A stretch of DNA of 45,893 bases from an uncultured Chlamydiae bacterium (GTDB lineage: Bacteria; Chlamydiota; Chlamydiia; Chlamydiales; SM23-39), in the NCBI GenBank assembly GCA_937899275.1, contig CALBPE010000096.1:1-45893 (forward strand). The letters run 5' to 3'. The notes below the pieces were generated by a model. The model was not told where the DNA came from and did not search any database. It saw only the letters and a list, made by a program, of their open reading frames with translations. Both the position numbers and the translations under genes were made by a program. Position 1 is the stretch's first letter. Every line of letters begins with the position of its first letter. Below, piece by piece: positions 19,534-30,400 of this stretch.

Positions 19534-20700
19534 ATGAACCGGTTTTTTTTTCTTATCACTGCTTTATTTCCTCTATTTCTTTTTTCGATCAACGTAGATA
19601 AATCTGTCGTCAAGGTAGAAACCCATTTACAGATGTACACAGGAGAGCCTTGGGAGTCTTCATCCATCGGAAGAGGTATGGCAAGTGGATTTGTCGTCGC
19701 TTCAAATCAAGTTGTGACGAATGCTCATGGGGTATCTCATGCGACGCATATTCGGGTAAAGCTGCCCGGCTCTACTAAAAGTTATCCGGCGATCATCAAG
19801 GTGATAGGAGATGATTGCGATCTCGCCCTTTTACAAGTAGATGATCCAGAATTTGCCAGATATAGCGAGCCTGTATCTTTTGCTGAGGTGCAAGATGGTG
19901 ATGAAGTAACGGTGATCGGGTTTCCATTACCGTATCACACCTTATCTTATACAAAAGGCATTGTCTCTTCTTCTTATCATAAAGTATACCAACATTCTGG
20001 CGCGTACTTATCTGCGATTCAAATTGATGCTGCTGTAAATATGGGCAATAGCGGCGGGCCTGTAGTGCACCACGGTAAAGTCGTTGGCGTAGCATTTGGA
20101 AAAATCGGAGGGCTTGCTGTAGATAATATCTGTTTTATGATTCCTACATCTTTAGTAAAGCATTTTTTACGAGAGGCAAGTCAAGGTAAATACCAAGGAT
20201 TTCCTAGATTAGGTATGACATTTCAACCGTTAATTCACCCAGACCTAAGGCGCTATTTAGACCTAAACGATGAAACAACAGGCGTGATGATCGTAGATGC
20301 AGCAGATTATGAAGAGCTGCAAGAAGGCGATATTCTGACAAGAATCGATGATATTCCTCTAAATAACGATGGATCAATCTATGTAGATGGTGCAAGAAAA
20401 GATCTTTTTTTCTATGTGTTTTTGCAAAAACACTTAGGCGATACTGTAAAATTACAAATTCTTCGCAATCAGATCCGTAAAGATCTGCATATTTCGATTC
20501 ATCAGGCATTTAACCATACACCTTCTCATGCGCGCCTTAGCTATTACATTTATGCAGGGCTTGTATTCGATTCTTTTCAAGATGCAAACGATGCAAAAGA
20601 TACGTTGTATTTACGCAAGGTACTCGCACATCCTGTGAATGTAGGTTACCAAGATCTACAAAATTGTGAAGTAGTAAAAATCGGCTCTAAGCAAGAGTAG
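19534..20700 (+). CDS. Deg2-like serine protease (S1C+PDZ), C-terminus truncated by nonsense codons
   Basis: TNAHGV, DCDLALL, IDAAVNMGNSGGP. The same frame continues to TAA 20857-20859 through TAG at 20698 and 20728 with PDZ2-like sequence. Confidence 0.9.
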   Translation: MNRFFFLITALFPLFLFSINVDKSVVKVETHLQMYTGEPWESSSIGRGMASGFVVASNQVVTNAHGVSHATHIRVKLPGSTKSYPAIIKVIGDDCDLALLQVDDPEFARYSEPVSFAEVQDGDEVTVIGFPLPYHTLSYTKGIVSSSYHKVYQHSGAYLSAIQIDAAVNMGNSGGPVVHHGKVVGVAFGKIGGLAVDNICFMIPTSLVKHFLREASQGKYQGFPRLGMTFQPLIHPDLRRYLDLNDETTGVMIVDAADYEELQEGDILTRIDDIPLNNDGSIYVDGARKDLFFYVFLQKHLGDTVKLQILRNQIRKDLHISIHQAFNHTPSHARLSYYIYAGLVFDSFQDANDAKDTLYLRKVLAHPVNVGYQDLQNCEVVKIGSKQE

Positions 20701-20848
20701 TCCATCCAGCAGCTCATCGCTATTAAATAGTCTGAAGAGACTTTTCATATACAGACTTTACAAAGCGGAAAAAAAATTAATTTAGGTAAAGAAGCAAGAG
20801 CCAAAAACCAAGAGGTATTGGCGTATTTTCATATTGCAGAAGACCGGT

Positions 20849-22435
20849 TTATTCCTTAAAACAGTCCACTTCTATATGGCTAATTTCGACAACGCCGCTT
20901 AGCATTTCTTTGACGTCTTCGCCTTCTAAAGCCTGGCTTTTTGCAAGGTAAAAGATCAGCCCGGAAAATAGCGCTACGCAAAGAAAGTCAATTCCAAAAG
21001 AAATAAGACCAAGCCCGCCACCAAATGAGCTGCAATAAGATAAAATGCCCAGTCCAATCAGATAGGGGAAAATCCACCAAGAGCTTCCTAAATATAGATC
21101 GATGTGGGCAAACTTTTTTCTGTATACCCATAAAAAGCAGTAACCTAGAAATACGGAAAACAGTAGCTTAGACAGCACTGCCCATCCAGACCAAAATACA
21201 AGTAAGTTGCAAATGTAGAATGCAACTAAGCAAAAAAGCTCAGCGCAAGGAACAGAGAAAATCCGCTTTTGGTTGGGGAGTTTTTCTCGAAGAGCGATCA
21301 ACGCAATAGGCCCTACTGCATAGGAAAGAACAACAGAGGAGACTAAAAACTTGACCATACTTTGCCAACCTGGAAAAGGTAAAAATAGGATTAAGCCAAT
21401 ACAGTAATTCATGATCAAAGCGTTGATAGGAACGCCTCTTTTTGTCAGTTTTTTCAAAAAATTAGGCATGTACCCATTGAAGCTCATAGCGTAGTTGATT
21501 CTAGCAGATGATGACGTGTAAATTAGAGCGGTTCCAAAAGGAGAAATCACGGCATCTGCATATAGCAAAATCACCAAGCTATATAATCCTAAAGTTTCTG
21601 CAATACCTACAAAAGGTCCGTTATCGTTGGTGAAGCTTAAATTCAGCCATGCGCTATTTAGCTCTACCGCTCCGATAAAAGTGATCTGTAAAAGGGCATA
21701 TAAAACCATGGTTAAAATGCACGATCCTACAATCGCTATGGGAATCATTTTACCAGGATTTTTCGCTTCGCCTGCAAGCTGGGTTGCTGCATTGTATCCT
21801 ACAAAAGAAAAGATAATGCCTGCAGAAGGCATAGCCGCTACCACGCCTTTCCATCCGTAGGGTAAAAAACCCTTCGAAGTGAAGTTTTGTATCTCGAATG
21901 AGGAAAGGGCAAGTGCAACCACCGTTAAAGTAGGTATAGCAATCTTAAATGCGACAATACCTATATTGGTTTTACTTACCCAATGCACTCCTAAATAATT
22001 GATGATGCAGGTGATACATAAAATAATTGCTGCAGCGATCATCCCATACACACTTAACACATGCGAGCCGCCCGTTTCTATGACAAGCCAGGGAAGGTAA
22101 TTCGATGCATATTGTAAAAGCGCCATTGTTTCAATAGGAGCAACCACAAGAGAAGCAAGCCATCCGCACCAGCCCATAGTGAAGCTAACCAGCGTTCCAT
22201 GAGAAAAATGTGAAAACCGCGCAACGCCTCCAGCTACAGGCAGCATCGTAGCAAGCTCTACAAATGTAAACGCTACAATCAGCATCAAAAAGCCGCCCAA
22301 TATCCAAGAAAAAACCGCTCCTGGACCTGCGATTATAGCAGCAAAAAAAGTACCGAAAAGCCATCCCGCTCCAATCACACTTCCAACAGATGCAAATAAA
22401 ATGCCCCAAGGGCCTATTGTTCTTTTAAGACGCAT
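20849..22435 (-). CDS. APC-family amino acid permease
   Basis: LKRTIG, GSVIGAGWLFG, ELATMLPVAGG, AGEAKNP; many TM segments. Confidence 0.92.
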   Translation of the reverse strand: MRLKRTIGPWGILFASVGSVIGAGWLFGTFFAAIIAGPGAVFSWILGGFLMLIVAFTFVELATMLPVAGGVARFSHFSHGTLVSFTMGWCGWLASLVVAPIETMALLQYASNYLPWLVIETGGSHVLSVYGMIAAAIILCITCIINYLGVHWVSKTNIGIVAFKIAIPTLTVVALALSSFEIQNFTSKGFLPYGWKGVVAAMPSAGIIFSFVGYNAATQLAGEAKNPGKMIPIAIVGSCILTMVLYALLQITFIGAVELNSAWLNLSFTNDNGPFVGIAETLGLYSLVILLYADAVISPFGTALIYTSSSARINYAMSFNGYMPNFLKKLTKRGVPINALIMNYCIGLILFLPFPGWQSMVKFLVSSVVLSYAVGPIALIALREKLPNQKRIFSVPCAELFCLVAFYICNLLVFWSGWAVLSKLLFSVFLGYCFLWVYRKKFAHIDLYLGSSWWIFPYLIGLGILSYCSSFGGGLGLISFGIDFLCVALFSGLIFYLAKSQALEGEDVKEMLSGVVEISHIEVDCFKE

Positions 22436-22546
22436 ATTTTTTTTATATCTATATATGTGGATTAAATCAAATTGATTTTTTCTATTATCTACTAGTAAAA
22501 TGTTCCCCCTAAATACATATACAGTACATAAACCAGGGAGCCATTT

Positions 22547-24736
22547 ATGCAGCCTATTTCGCCTTTTAGGAGTACAACATTAGAAAGGAAAGAAGATCAT
22601 AAGAGTTTACGAGGTCTGCCACCTATTCATAAGTTACGAAACATAATGGCAACAGGTGGAAAAGTGCTTCGTGAATAGGAGCGGGCATTTAATCAAGAAA
22701 AACCTATTTATAAGATATCAATGTATACAACACCTGCTCAAAAGCCGCGGTGTAAAGATGGCGTTTTTTACTGGCCCTACGGTCCAATAAGCGGCCAAAC
22801 AACAAACCCTGTAAACACAGTGGCTATAAAAATCCTTAGCTACAAGTTTTCTAAAAAAACGGGCCTTTTGAATTTGATTTTTTCTTTAGTGAAAGACCCT
22901 TCTACGCAATATACAGGTACATTAAACGTCTTTAAGAAAGGCTTTAAGAAAGTGCTTATTTCAAGTAAAAGGCAAAAGACTCTCGAAAAAGCACTAAGAA
23001 AGAGTCAGAATATTAAGGAGTTAAAACCATTTTTCGAAAAAGAGAAAACTCCTGTGGCATTTCCAACGCGAGGTAAAGATACTCCTTACGTTATTGTGCT
23101 GGGCCTTAGAGAAGGGCGCGTTTTATTGGCATCAGCTGACGTAGAAATCGGTGAAGATGGCGAGCTTTATGCTTGTTCTAGCTCAAAAGTATGGTTGGTT
23201 TCATTTGAGTATTTAAAGCAGTCTCTTACAAAGAGAAAAAATACTCGAAGTATAGAGAAAATATGTAAGAATTTTTTAACGCGATTCAAGCGCCACAATT
23301 TGCCTCTTAGTCACGTATTTTTTGCCTTTGAATGTGAGTCTTTGCAGTTTCGTGGACTAGTTACGCAGTTGATACATCGTTTGCATCGAGCTATTCTTAA
23401 TATACCTGAAGAAGGCAACCTTTGTCTCCATCATCTTAACGAAAATAAGCAACACATTGCTCCTACATTGCAACGAGTGATCGAAAAGCATTACCCAAAT
23501 CCTAAGGGTCCAGAAAAAAAATTATTTGCCTATCTTGTGCTTTTCGTTGAGTACCATTCAATCAAGTGCCCTTATGACTTTATTAATAGGAGGCGTTTAG
23601 AAAAAGAAGACACGCAAGTAGGAAAAGAAAAAGTACGCAATGTTTTTCGAAAATCGATCCTGCAAAAAATAATCAAAGGTGAAATTTGTAAAAGTTCAGA
23701 CTTTTCTAAAGAGGTGCACAAAGATTTTGTATTTGATGTTTTACACTATTACCTTCTAAAGGCAAATTTGCAATCATCATCTACGAAGACGCTTTTTTTA
23801 AATGCACAAAAAACTTTTTTCCCCTCAGAATCACTGTACCATAGGCATATGGAAAAAATTGCTTTATTCGACCAGTTCCCGCAAGCGAACTCAATTTGTA
23901 TAGATGCAGTGGGCGCTTTTTTAAAAGGAACAGGAATTAGCCCCTCCCTAAAAGAGGAAAAAGAGGGTAAGTATCAGAAACAGCAAGGATTTGTAAATAA
24001 GAGGGTATCCTCTTTCAAAACTCAAGTTAGCGAGCTATGCACTGGATTTTTACAGACTTTTTATGAGGAGGGCTACTTTGCTAAATGCGTTCCTGTAGAA
24101 GAGACGCAACTTACTGCCCAAGGAAAGGAAGAAAACAAGGTAATTGTTGATCTAATTTTTAATTTTGTTAGCACTATATTTAGAACAATGCAGTTAGAGA
24201 CCACTTCTTCTCTATCTACGATTTGCCGAAGCAAAAAAGAGTTCGGTCTCATTTTTGCAAATAAATTGAGAACTTTTTTTCGGAGGGGAATACCTACGCC
24301 AGATCAGGAATTACTTGCTCACCTTCAGTTCATGGCGGATCGTTATGCATTGGAATATATCATAGCGCTGTATAGCTTAAAGCACCTTCAGAAATCTATT
24401 GATGGTAATCAAAATCCAATTAGAAAAAACTTGATTGTGGATATTTGCAAAGATGAGGATTGTAAGAAGTTACGTTTTTGTAAAGAAATCGTATCAGAAC
24501 TATTGGTAGGATGTTTTTTGCATCAAGAATTAGATGAAAAAGAGATAAAAGAGCTGCTTTCTACGATCACTTCTTTTTTTCAATCGGCAACGGAAGGAAA
24601 AAAACAGGATCCTAAGTCAGAATTACTGCGCATCTTTGAGAAAAAATGTAAGCTATATGCTAAGCATGATCTAGATTGCCAGGAGCGCTTCGGTCAGATG
24701 GCTCAATTCCTTCAGCAGTATCTTTTCAAAAAGTAG
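22547..24736 (+). CDS. Large hypothetical protein with an in-frame TAG near the 5' end (possible pseudogene; intact ORF from 22721)
   Basis: AGGGAG+ATG at 22547 (MQPISPF...) is in frame with ORF 22721-24736, separated by one TAG at 22676-22678. No recognisable domain. Confidence 0.6.
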
Positions 24737-24885
24737 GCATTTTTGCTCCTATCATCTACAAAATGGTTTGTAAAGCTGCTGTCATTTTTTCATGCAGCTT
24801 TTCCTTAGTATCCTACTATCATCTTAGAAAATTAGGTCTTGACGCCAGGAGGTATTTGCGCTATCACCTGAAAAAAAAGGGACTT

Positions 24886-25479
24886 ATGCGAAAATCAACT
24901 CACGATCCTACCTACTTAGATTCATTTCAAATCAAAACGCCGATTGTTTATCTATCGGACGTAGTGATTGCAGATGAATGCAAAAAAAACTTTTCTAAAG
25001 ACTGGGGTAAATTCCAAAAACGGCATAGCGACGATTTATCAAAAACGAGAAAAGCTGCTTTAAAAAGGTTTATGAGAAGAATTGCTACAGAGTCTTCTGA
25101 TGCATTTACCAGGAACTGGGTTTCCATCCGTTATATTGGAAAAACCATGGGCTACGGCGTGTTTGCCAAATGCGCTATCCCTCCTTACAAAACGATTACC
25201 CATTACGCGGGGCTTTTGACATTTGATGCAGATATTAAACAGCAAAATGATAGTACTTTTGTGATCACAGATTTTCCAAAGTATGCCATCAATGGAGCAT
25301 CTCACGGCAATTGGTCTAGGTTTATGAATCATGCAGATGAAGATGATGATGCGAAAAACGTGATTCCTTGGGAGCTGTATTTACCTGAGGGACCTAGAAT
25401 TGTATTTACTGCAGGAAGCCGTGGGATAAAAAAAGGGGAGCAGCTGCTCTATTCCTATGGAGACTCTTACTGGGATTAA
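24886..25479 (+). CDS. SET-domain protein-lysine methyltransferase (chlamydial NUE-like)
   Basis: MGYGVFA, YAG, GNWSRFMNH, IKKGEQLLYSYGDSYW; likely ATG at 24886 after AAGGGA. Confidence 0.9.
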   Translation: MRKSTHDPTYLDSFQIKTPIVYLSDVVIADECKKNFSKDWGKFQKRHSDDLSKTRKAALKRFMRRIATESSDAFTRNWVSIRYIGKTMGYGVFAKCAIPPYKTITHYAGLLTFDADIKQQNDSTFVITDFPKYAINGASHGNWSRFMNHADEDDDAKNVIPWELYLPEGPRIVFTAGSRGIKKGEQLLYSYGDSYWD

Positions 25480-26301
25480 TCAAGATTCATGTTGTTTTTT
25501 CTCATCAACAGATTTACATGTTAGATGGGTAAGTAGGAAAGGTAAAGCAATAAGGGAAAAAGCGGCGTAAGCTGGGTGCATTCCATATTTTGACCAAAGT
25601 AGTTTATAATCAGAGTGCCCACTACTCTTAGGATAAAACCAAAGAGGCATGACGATAGAAAACTCTTGCCATAATGCGGCAATTGCAAGCGACTCTAACT
25701 GCTCGCCGATGCTTTCTTGGCAAAGGTGCTTTTTCCCTTTTTTTAGGTAAGATGTTGCGGTAAAACAAGCGACAGTAAATAAAAGCACAAATAAAGGGCC
25801 CGCAATTATGGTGATCATACGCGCTACTTTACCCCCAAATAGTCCTCCCAAATAGCTGAGCTTATTCATTTGATATAAAGTTTTCGCTCCTCTTAAAGGC
25901 TGCACCTGAATATGCACCTGCGTATGAAATAACGTTTTAGCAGAAATGGCATGTCCAATTTGTCCTAAAAGGAATAATCCCGTTGAGTAGGTGCCAAAAG
26001 CCATCGAAACGCACCCACTAGCAATAAGAAAAATCTGCCGTACAGCTTGTGGTTTTAGCTTCCATGAATAAAGAGAGGAGTAGTGCTCTGCAAAAGCGCA
26101 GAGTACTCTTATCGCAATAATAGTAATCAAAAAAGTAGCGCCGTTACTCAGAAGTACTAAGTGGCCAAGATTTCTTGTGAAAAAAGAAGAAATCCCCAGA
26201 AAAACCCCAGTAGAGCAGGTTTCTGCAAGTGTATATGCTTTGATCTCATCCCATTTTTCTTGGGGTAAAAAAGAAGTACGTTGAACGGATAAAGTGCTCA
26301 T
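25480..26301 (-). CDS. M50-like membrane protein with degenerate HExxH
   Basis: GQIGHAISA replaces HELGHAIA; IAGPL and distal SDY retained; multiple TM segments. Confidence 0.6.
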   Translation of the reverse strand: MSTLSVQRTSFLPQEKWDEIKAYTLAETCSTGVFLGISSFFTRNLGHLVLLSNGATFLITIIAIRVLCAFAEHYSSLYSWKLKPQAVRQIFLIASGCVSMAFGTYSTGLFLLGQIGHAISAKTLFHTQVHIQVQPLRGAKTLYQMNKLSYLGGLFGGKVARMITIIAGPLFVLLFTVACFTATSYLKKGKKHLCQESIGEQLESLAIAALWQEFSIVMPLWFYPKSSGHSDYKLLWSKYGMHPAYAAFSLIALPFLLTHLTCKSVDEKKQHES

Positions 26302-26454
26302 AGGTAAAATTCTAGGTGAACTACTGTTTAAAGAAAACGATTCTCATAAGGCTTTCATTTTAAAAAGAGTCTACTATACTACTCATTTTGTTATTTCTCT
26401 AAATATCCCTATAGAAAGAGGATGAAATAGATGATAGAATCTTATTTTTTAATA

Positions 26455-26555
26455 GGTAGTATCACAATATGTCTACAAATACAATATATGGATAAGTGAT
26501 TGCTAATTGAAAAAAGTTTGGACTTAGGTTCTCTTAACTTTTTCAACAATAAGAG
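26455..26555 (+). mobile_element. Degenerate IS256-like left end next to the lanthipeptide cluster
   Basis: GGTAGTATCACAATATGTCT...ATTGAAAAAAG...TTCTCTTAACTTT aligns with 13604-13705. Confidence 0.65.
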
Positions 26556-26662
26556 CACAAACATTCTTGAAAACAGTCTTACATCTTCAAAGTTTTTAAA
26601 GGTGCTAAATTGATATAGTCATCTTGAGTCAACCTTTTTAATCGAAAGGCCTTGGTCATTTT

Positions 26663-27415
26663 CTATATGTATTTCGATTGTTGATTTGCAAAATAAATTA
26701 TAGCATGTGGGTTATATTCAAAAGATTTATGAGCAATTGTAATAGAGTTAAATCCTGCCTCAGATAACATCTGTTTCATTTCTTTTTCTTCGTAAGCTCT
26801 GATATGCCATGCATTTTTTTCTGTTTTTTGTAGATGCCCGTTTTCCCATTTCTCGTATTGCATTTGGTTTAGAATAAGATTTGGTTCAATGAATTGAGCT
26901 ATAGATTTATTAATAATTTCGTAGCCTTTTTTAGAATTACATCTCCATTTAAATGCTAGTGGGCTTTTGGGATTATCTGGTATAAGATTTTCTTTTGCAA
27001 AAGTTTCTATCACTAATGTGCCGTTTGGTGACAAATGATCATGTAATTTTCTTAGAGAAATAACTGCTTCATCGATTTTTTTTATATGTTGGAATGAGCC
27101 TATAGAAATAAAAATAAGTTTGTATTTATATGGTAATTCTAAGTTTTCTAAGTTTTGCTCGAAAAGGTTTAATTTAGGAAAGCGTACAGAGCACTTAGTT
27201 TTGCAAAGCTTCAGCATATTTGTCGCATTGTCCACTCCATCTACTTCATATCCTTGTTCTAACAAAGGTAGAAGTAGCCGCCCAGATCCACACATAGCTT
27301 CTAGACAGGGACCTGCATATTGTTTTACTAAATTATTGTAAAAGTGCCACTCTTTGGGTGTAGGAGTTGGCTTGGTAAGATCATAAAATTCAGAACAAAG
27401 ACTTTTGTAACTCAT
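26663..27415 (-). CDS. Class I SAM-dependent methyltransferase, last gene of the lanthipeptide operon
   Basis: FYD, LEAMCGSGRLLLPL, GVD, GSFQHI, HLSPNG; ATGA overlap with the lanB stop. Confidence 0.88.
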   Translation of the reverse strand: MSYKSLCSEFYDLTKPTPTPKEWHFYNNLVKQYAGPCLEAMCGSGRLLLPLLEQGYEVDGVDNATNMLKLCKTKCSVRFPKLNLFEQNLENLELPYKYKLIFISIGSFQHIKKIDEAVISLRKLHDHLSPNGTLVIETFAKENLIPDNPKSPLAFKWRCNSKKGYEIINKSIAQFIEPNLILNQMQYEKWENGHLQKTEKNAWHIRAYEEKEMKQMLSEAGFNSITIAHKSFEYNPHAIIYFANQQSKYI

Positions 27416-30400
27416 AAATTTGTACTCTTTTGCAATTGGTTTAATGTTAAATGGTGATTAAATGATCTTTTTTCGAGCAGATACTGGGTGAGTATACGTG
27501 CTTTTTCTTCTAGATTATGGCGAATTCCCAGTAGTCTATTGCAGTGCATATGTATGAGACTGTTGATCACTTCTTTCTTGGTACATGATAAAGAACCGTT
27601 GCTTTCGATTTGTTCTATGACTTTTGCAAAGCAGACAAGAGCTTTTTTTTGCTCGTGGAGTGCTTTTTGCAAGATGATTAATTCGTGTTGGTCAGGATAA
27701 AAATCGTCTGATTGTGTAAATAAAAAAATAGCATATTTTTGTGCTTGTTTAGAAAAACTACGAATGCCTGCTAGATAGTGTTTTTTTTCAGGGGGGGATA
27801 GGAGTTGTTTTTTTGCAGACTCATTATTTGGGGCAAAAGCGTATAAAATATTTAGAATGGAAAAACTTACGATAAATGGAAGAGGCAGTGACCACTCTGA
27901 ATGAGATAGTATCTTTTTACAGTAAATGCTGTCAGCATAAAATACTTTTTCTGCTGCATTGATTGCATCCGGTCCTCCGTATCTTTCTACTTCTCTTTCG
28001 TAGAGGCAGATTTGCATATCTTGAATAATTTCTTTTTTAAAAAGTTGTTTCATATAATTTTGCACCTCAAAAAATAAACCCTTTTCCCATAAACAGGGTA
28101 GAGCTTTTATTCGTAAACGCAAATGAAAGTTTTCCTCTTGATAATTGATATAAAACCACTTTAAAATTGGATATTTTAATTTTAGTTTATCCATAAAAAG
28201 AAATATGTGGTTTTTTAGAATGAAATTCACCTGTTCCTCAGGAAAAAATAATTTCATAAATAACCATTCATCTCCTGGGAAAATAGCCGATGTTGCAATA
28301 CTTGTACTTGCTGAAAAATTTTTTTCAGGGATGAGCTTTTTTTTTCTACCTGAAAACACTAATGGTACAACAAATTCTGAAGCGAACTTGTTGTTCCCGT
28401 CTTTTATTAAATTATGATGTGGATTGATTAAGGCGCGAGACAGCACTAGCTTTTTGTTTTTCATAAGCTCTGCTGATGCAATGGTCATGTGCGATTTAAT
28501 ATTCCGATCAAGATGTAATACATTATCAAAAAAGGAAAGAGTAAATTTTCCAAAAATATTACATTTATTCAGTTTTTTTTCAAAAGCATGTTGAATCTCA
28601 TCTAAATTGACAATTTTTGTTATATTCAGTGTTGAATAATCTATTAACCATTTTTCCTGAGATAGAATTACATTTTCATACTTAATTTGAGGCATATACG
28701 TATTCTCAACTAATGCAGTATCTGTTAGTAGAGAAATTGGATTTACTTGATAGCTAGATAAGAATAATAAAAATCGTATTGTTAAAGGTAAGGAGCGAAT
28801 AGATATTGCCGTTCCTACAACAAAATGTAACTCTCTTTTTAAAGATTTTGAATATGCACAAACTCTATCTGGTAAGGCTTTTATGATAATATCATCTAGA
28901 CTCAATGTATCAGGGCTTGGTTTATGGTAATATAATGGCAATCTAAAGCGCCTTAAACGCGCTCCTATGCCTATACTCATTTGATGCATTTGTTCTGGAT
29001 AGGGCTCAATTTCCACAGGAATTAGAGGTGATAGCATTTCAGAATTTTGATTAAGAGTAACTCTGAGCTGGTCTACCTTCTGTTTATCCCAAAGGTAACA
29101 AAATCGTCCCATTGTAGCGCCTAAAAATGATGTTAATCCTTTAAGGTAAATCTGAAAATTACCTTGATCTACTTCTTTCACTGAGGAAGCCTGTAATTCG
29201 AAAAGCGCATCAATAGACGGTAGAGACTCTTCGGAGTTATGAAAAAATTCCGGAGATTTTGAAATAATTTTTTTTAAATCTATTTCTTTGCCTTGTAATT
29301 CAGAAAGGCATAGGTTCATTAATGAATTTTTTTTTAAGGTTTTTTCTGCTTCTATTAGATGCGGTCGAATCCACGGTAATAGTTCTCCTAAACTACAGGC
29401 CTTGTGTAATCCAAATTTTTCAATAAAAAAATGCTTAAAATTTTCTTTTGTATCCTTTAAATGATCTTTACTAAAACAGCCTATGAACGCACTAACCGCA
29501 TTACATAGACTTGTTTGCACGTTTTTGGATAGAGTAAATTTTGTTTTCGGGTAATAGCTATCTATATGTAAAGCATTTGTAGTGTTTTCTTGCCAGCCAA
29601 TTAAATTTTTTCTTAATTGATACAAGCATATCTTTGCGCCTTTTTCATACATTTTCAGTTGTTTTGAAGCTTCGAATAAAACAGAGGATTCTTTGTCTAT
29701 TTTTTGTAATTTCTTAATAAGTATTTCAGGAGAATGTTTTATTTGGAAAAAATCTTCGAATTCAGTTATCAAAAATCTTTTGTCTATTAATATTTTAAGA
29801 TAATTTTCTATCTGATCTATCCCCGTCTTAGGAAATAGTTCACTTATTTTTCTTTTTAAATCCTGATATTTTATTGAGTGTTTTGAGATTTCTAATAATA
29901 TTAAGAGGAATTCTGTCTTTTTTATAGAGCGATGTGTGTTATTTGCGTCGTTATTCCCATATAGAAATACTCTTTGTTCGCTATATATTAGCTGTGGGTT
30001 TCGCATAACATACAATAGATTTTTATCAACAAGTGGCGATGTTAAAAGCTTTTGGATTTTTGTAATGACTCCAGAATCAAACCAGACTTTTTTCTTCATT
30101 TTTTCTGTTTCTATATCTAGAAAAGTAGTGCTTTCAAACGAGCCCAAAGCAACAGAAGAAAACAGTCCGAATGGAGTGGTTCTACTAGTCATGCGAAGGA
30201 TATACTTAATTAAGCTAAAAGCTAATTGCTTTTTGTCTTTTGTACTAGAACCCTTTTTTAAGGATTTGTATAGGCTTGGACTTGCAATAGCAATAGCTTC
30301 TTGGAATTTTGGTTGCGTTTCATAAAATTTGAAAATTGCGTCTGGGTCGTCAAAATCGATGGTGTTTTTTGTGTCTAGAGGTAAGTTTGCAATACGAACC

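Noticed and set aside
4112..22678. Repeated in-frame TAG codons (4112, 7389, 20698, 20728, 22676) suggesting TAG recoding
   Set aside because: TAG ends conserved genes at their expected positions (phosphatase 40953, blaI 10162, lipase 18106), and the AAA ATPase is broken by TAA instead. Pseudogenisation explains the pattern better.
26302..26662. Second precursor peptide downstream of the lanthipeptide operon
   Set aside because: I saw no RBS-led small ORF with a Ser/Thr/Cys-rich tail; the region contains an IS-end scar.
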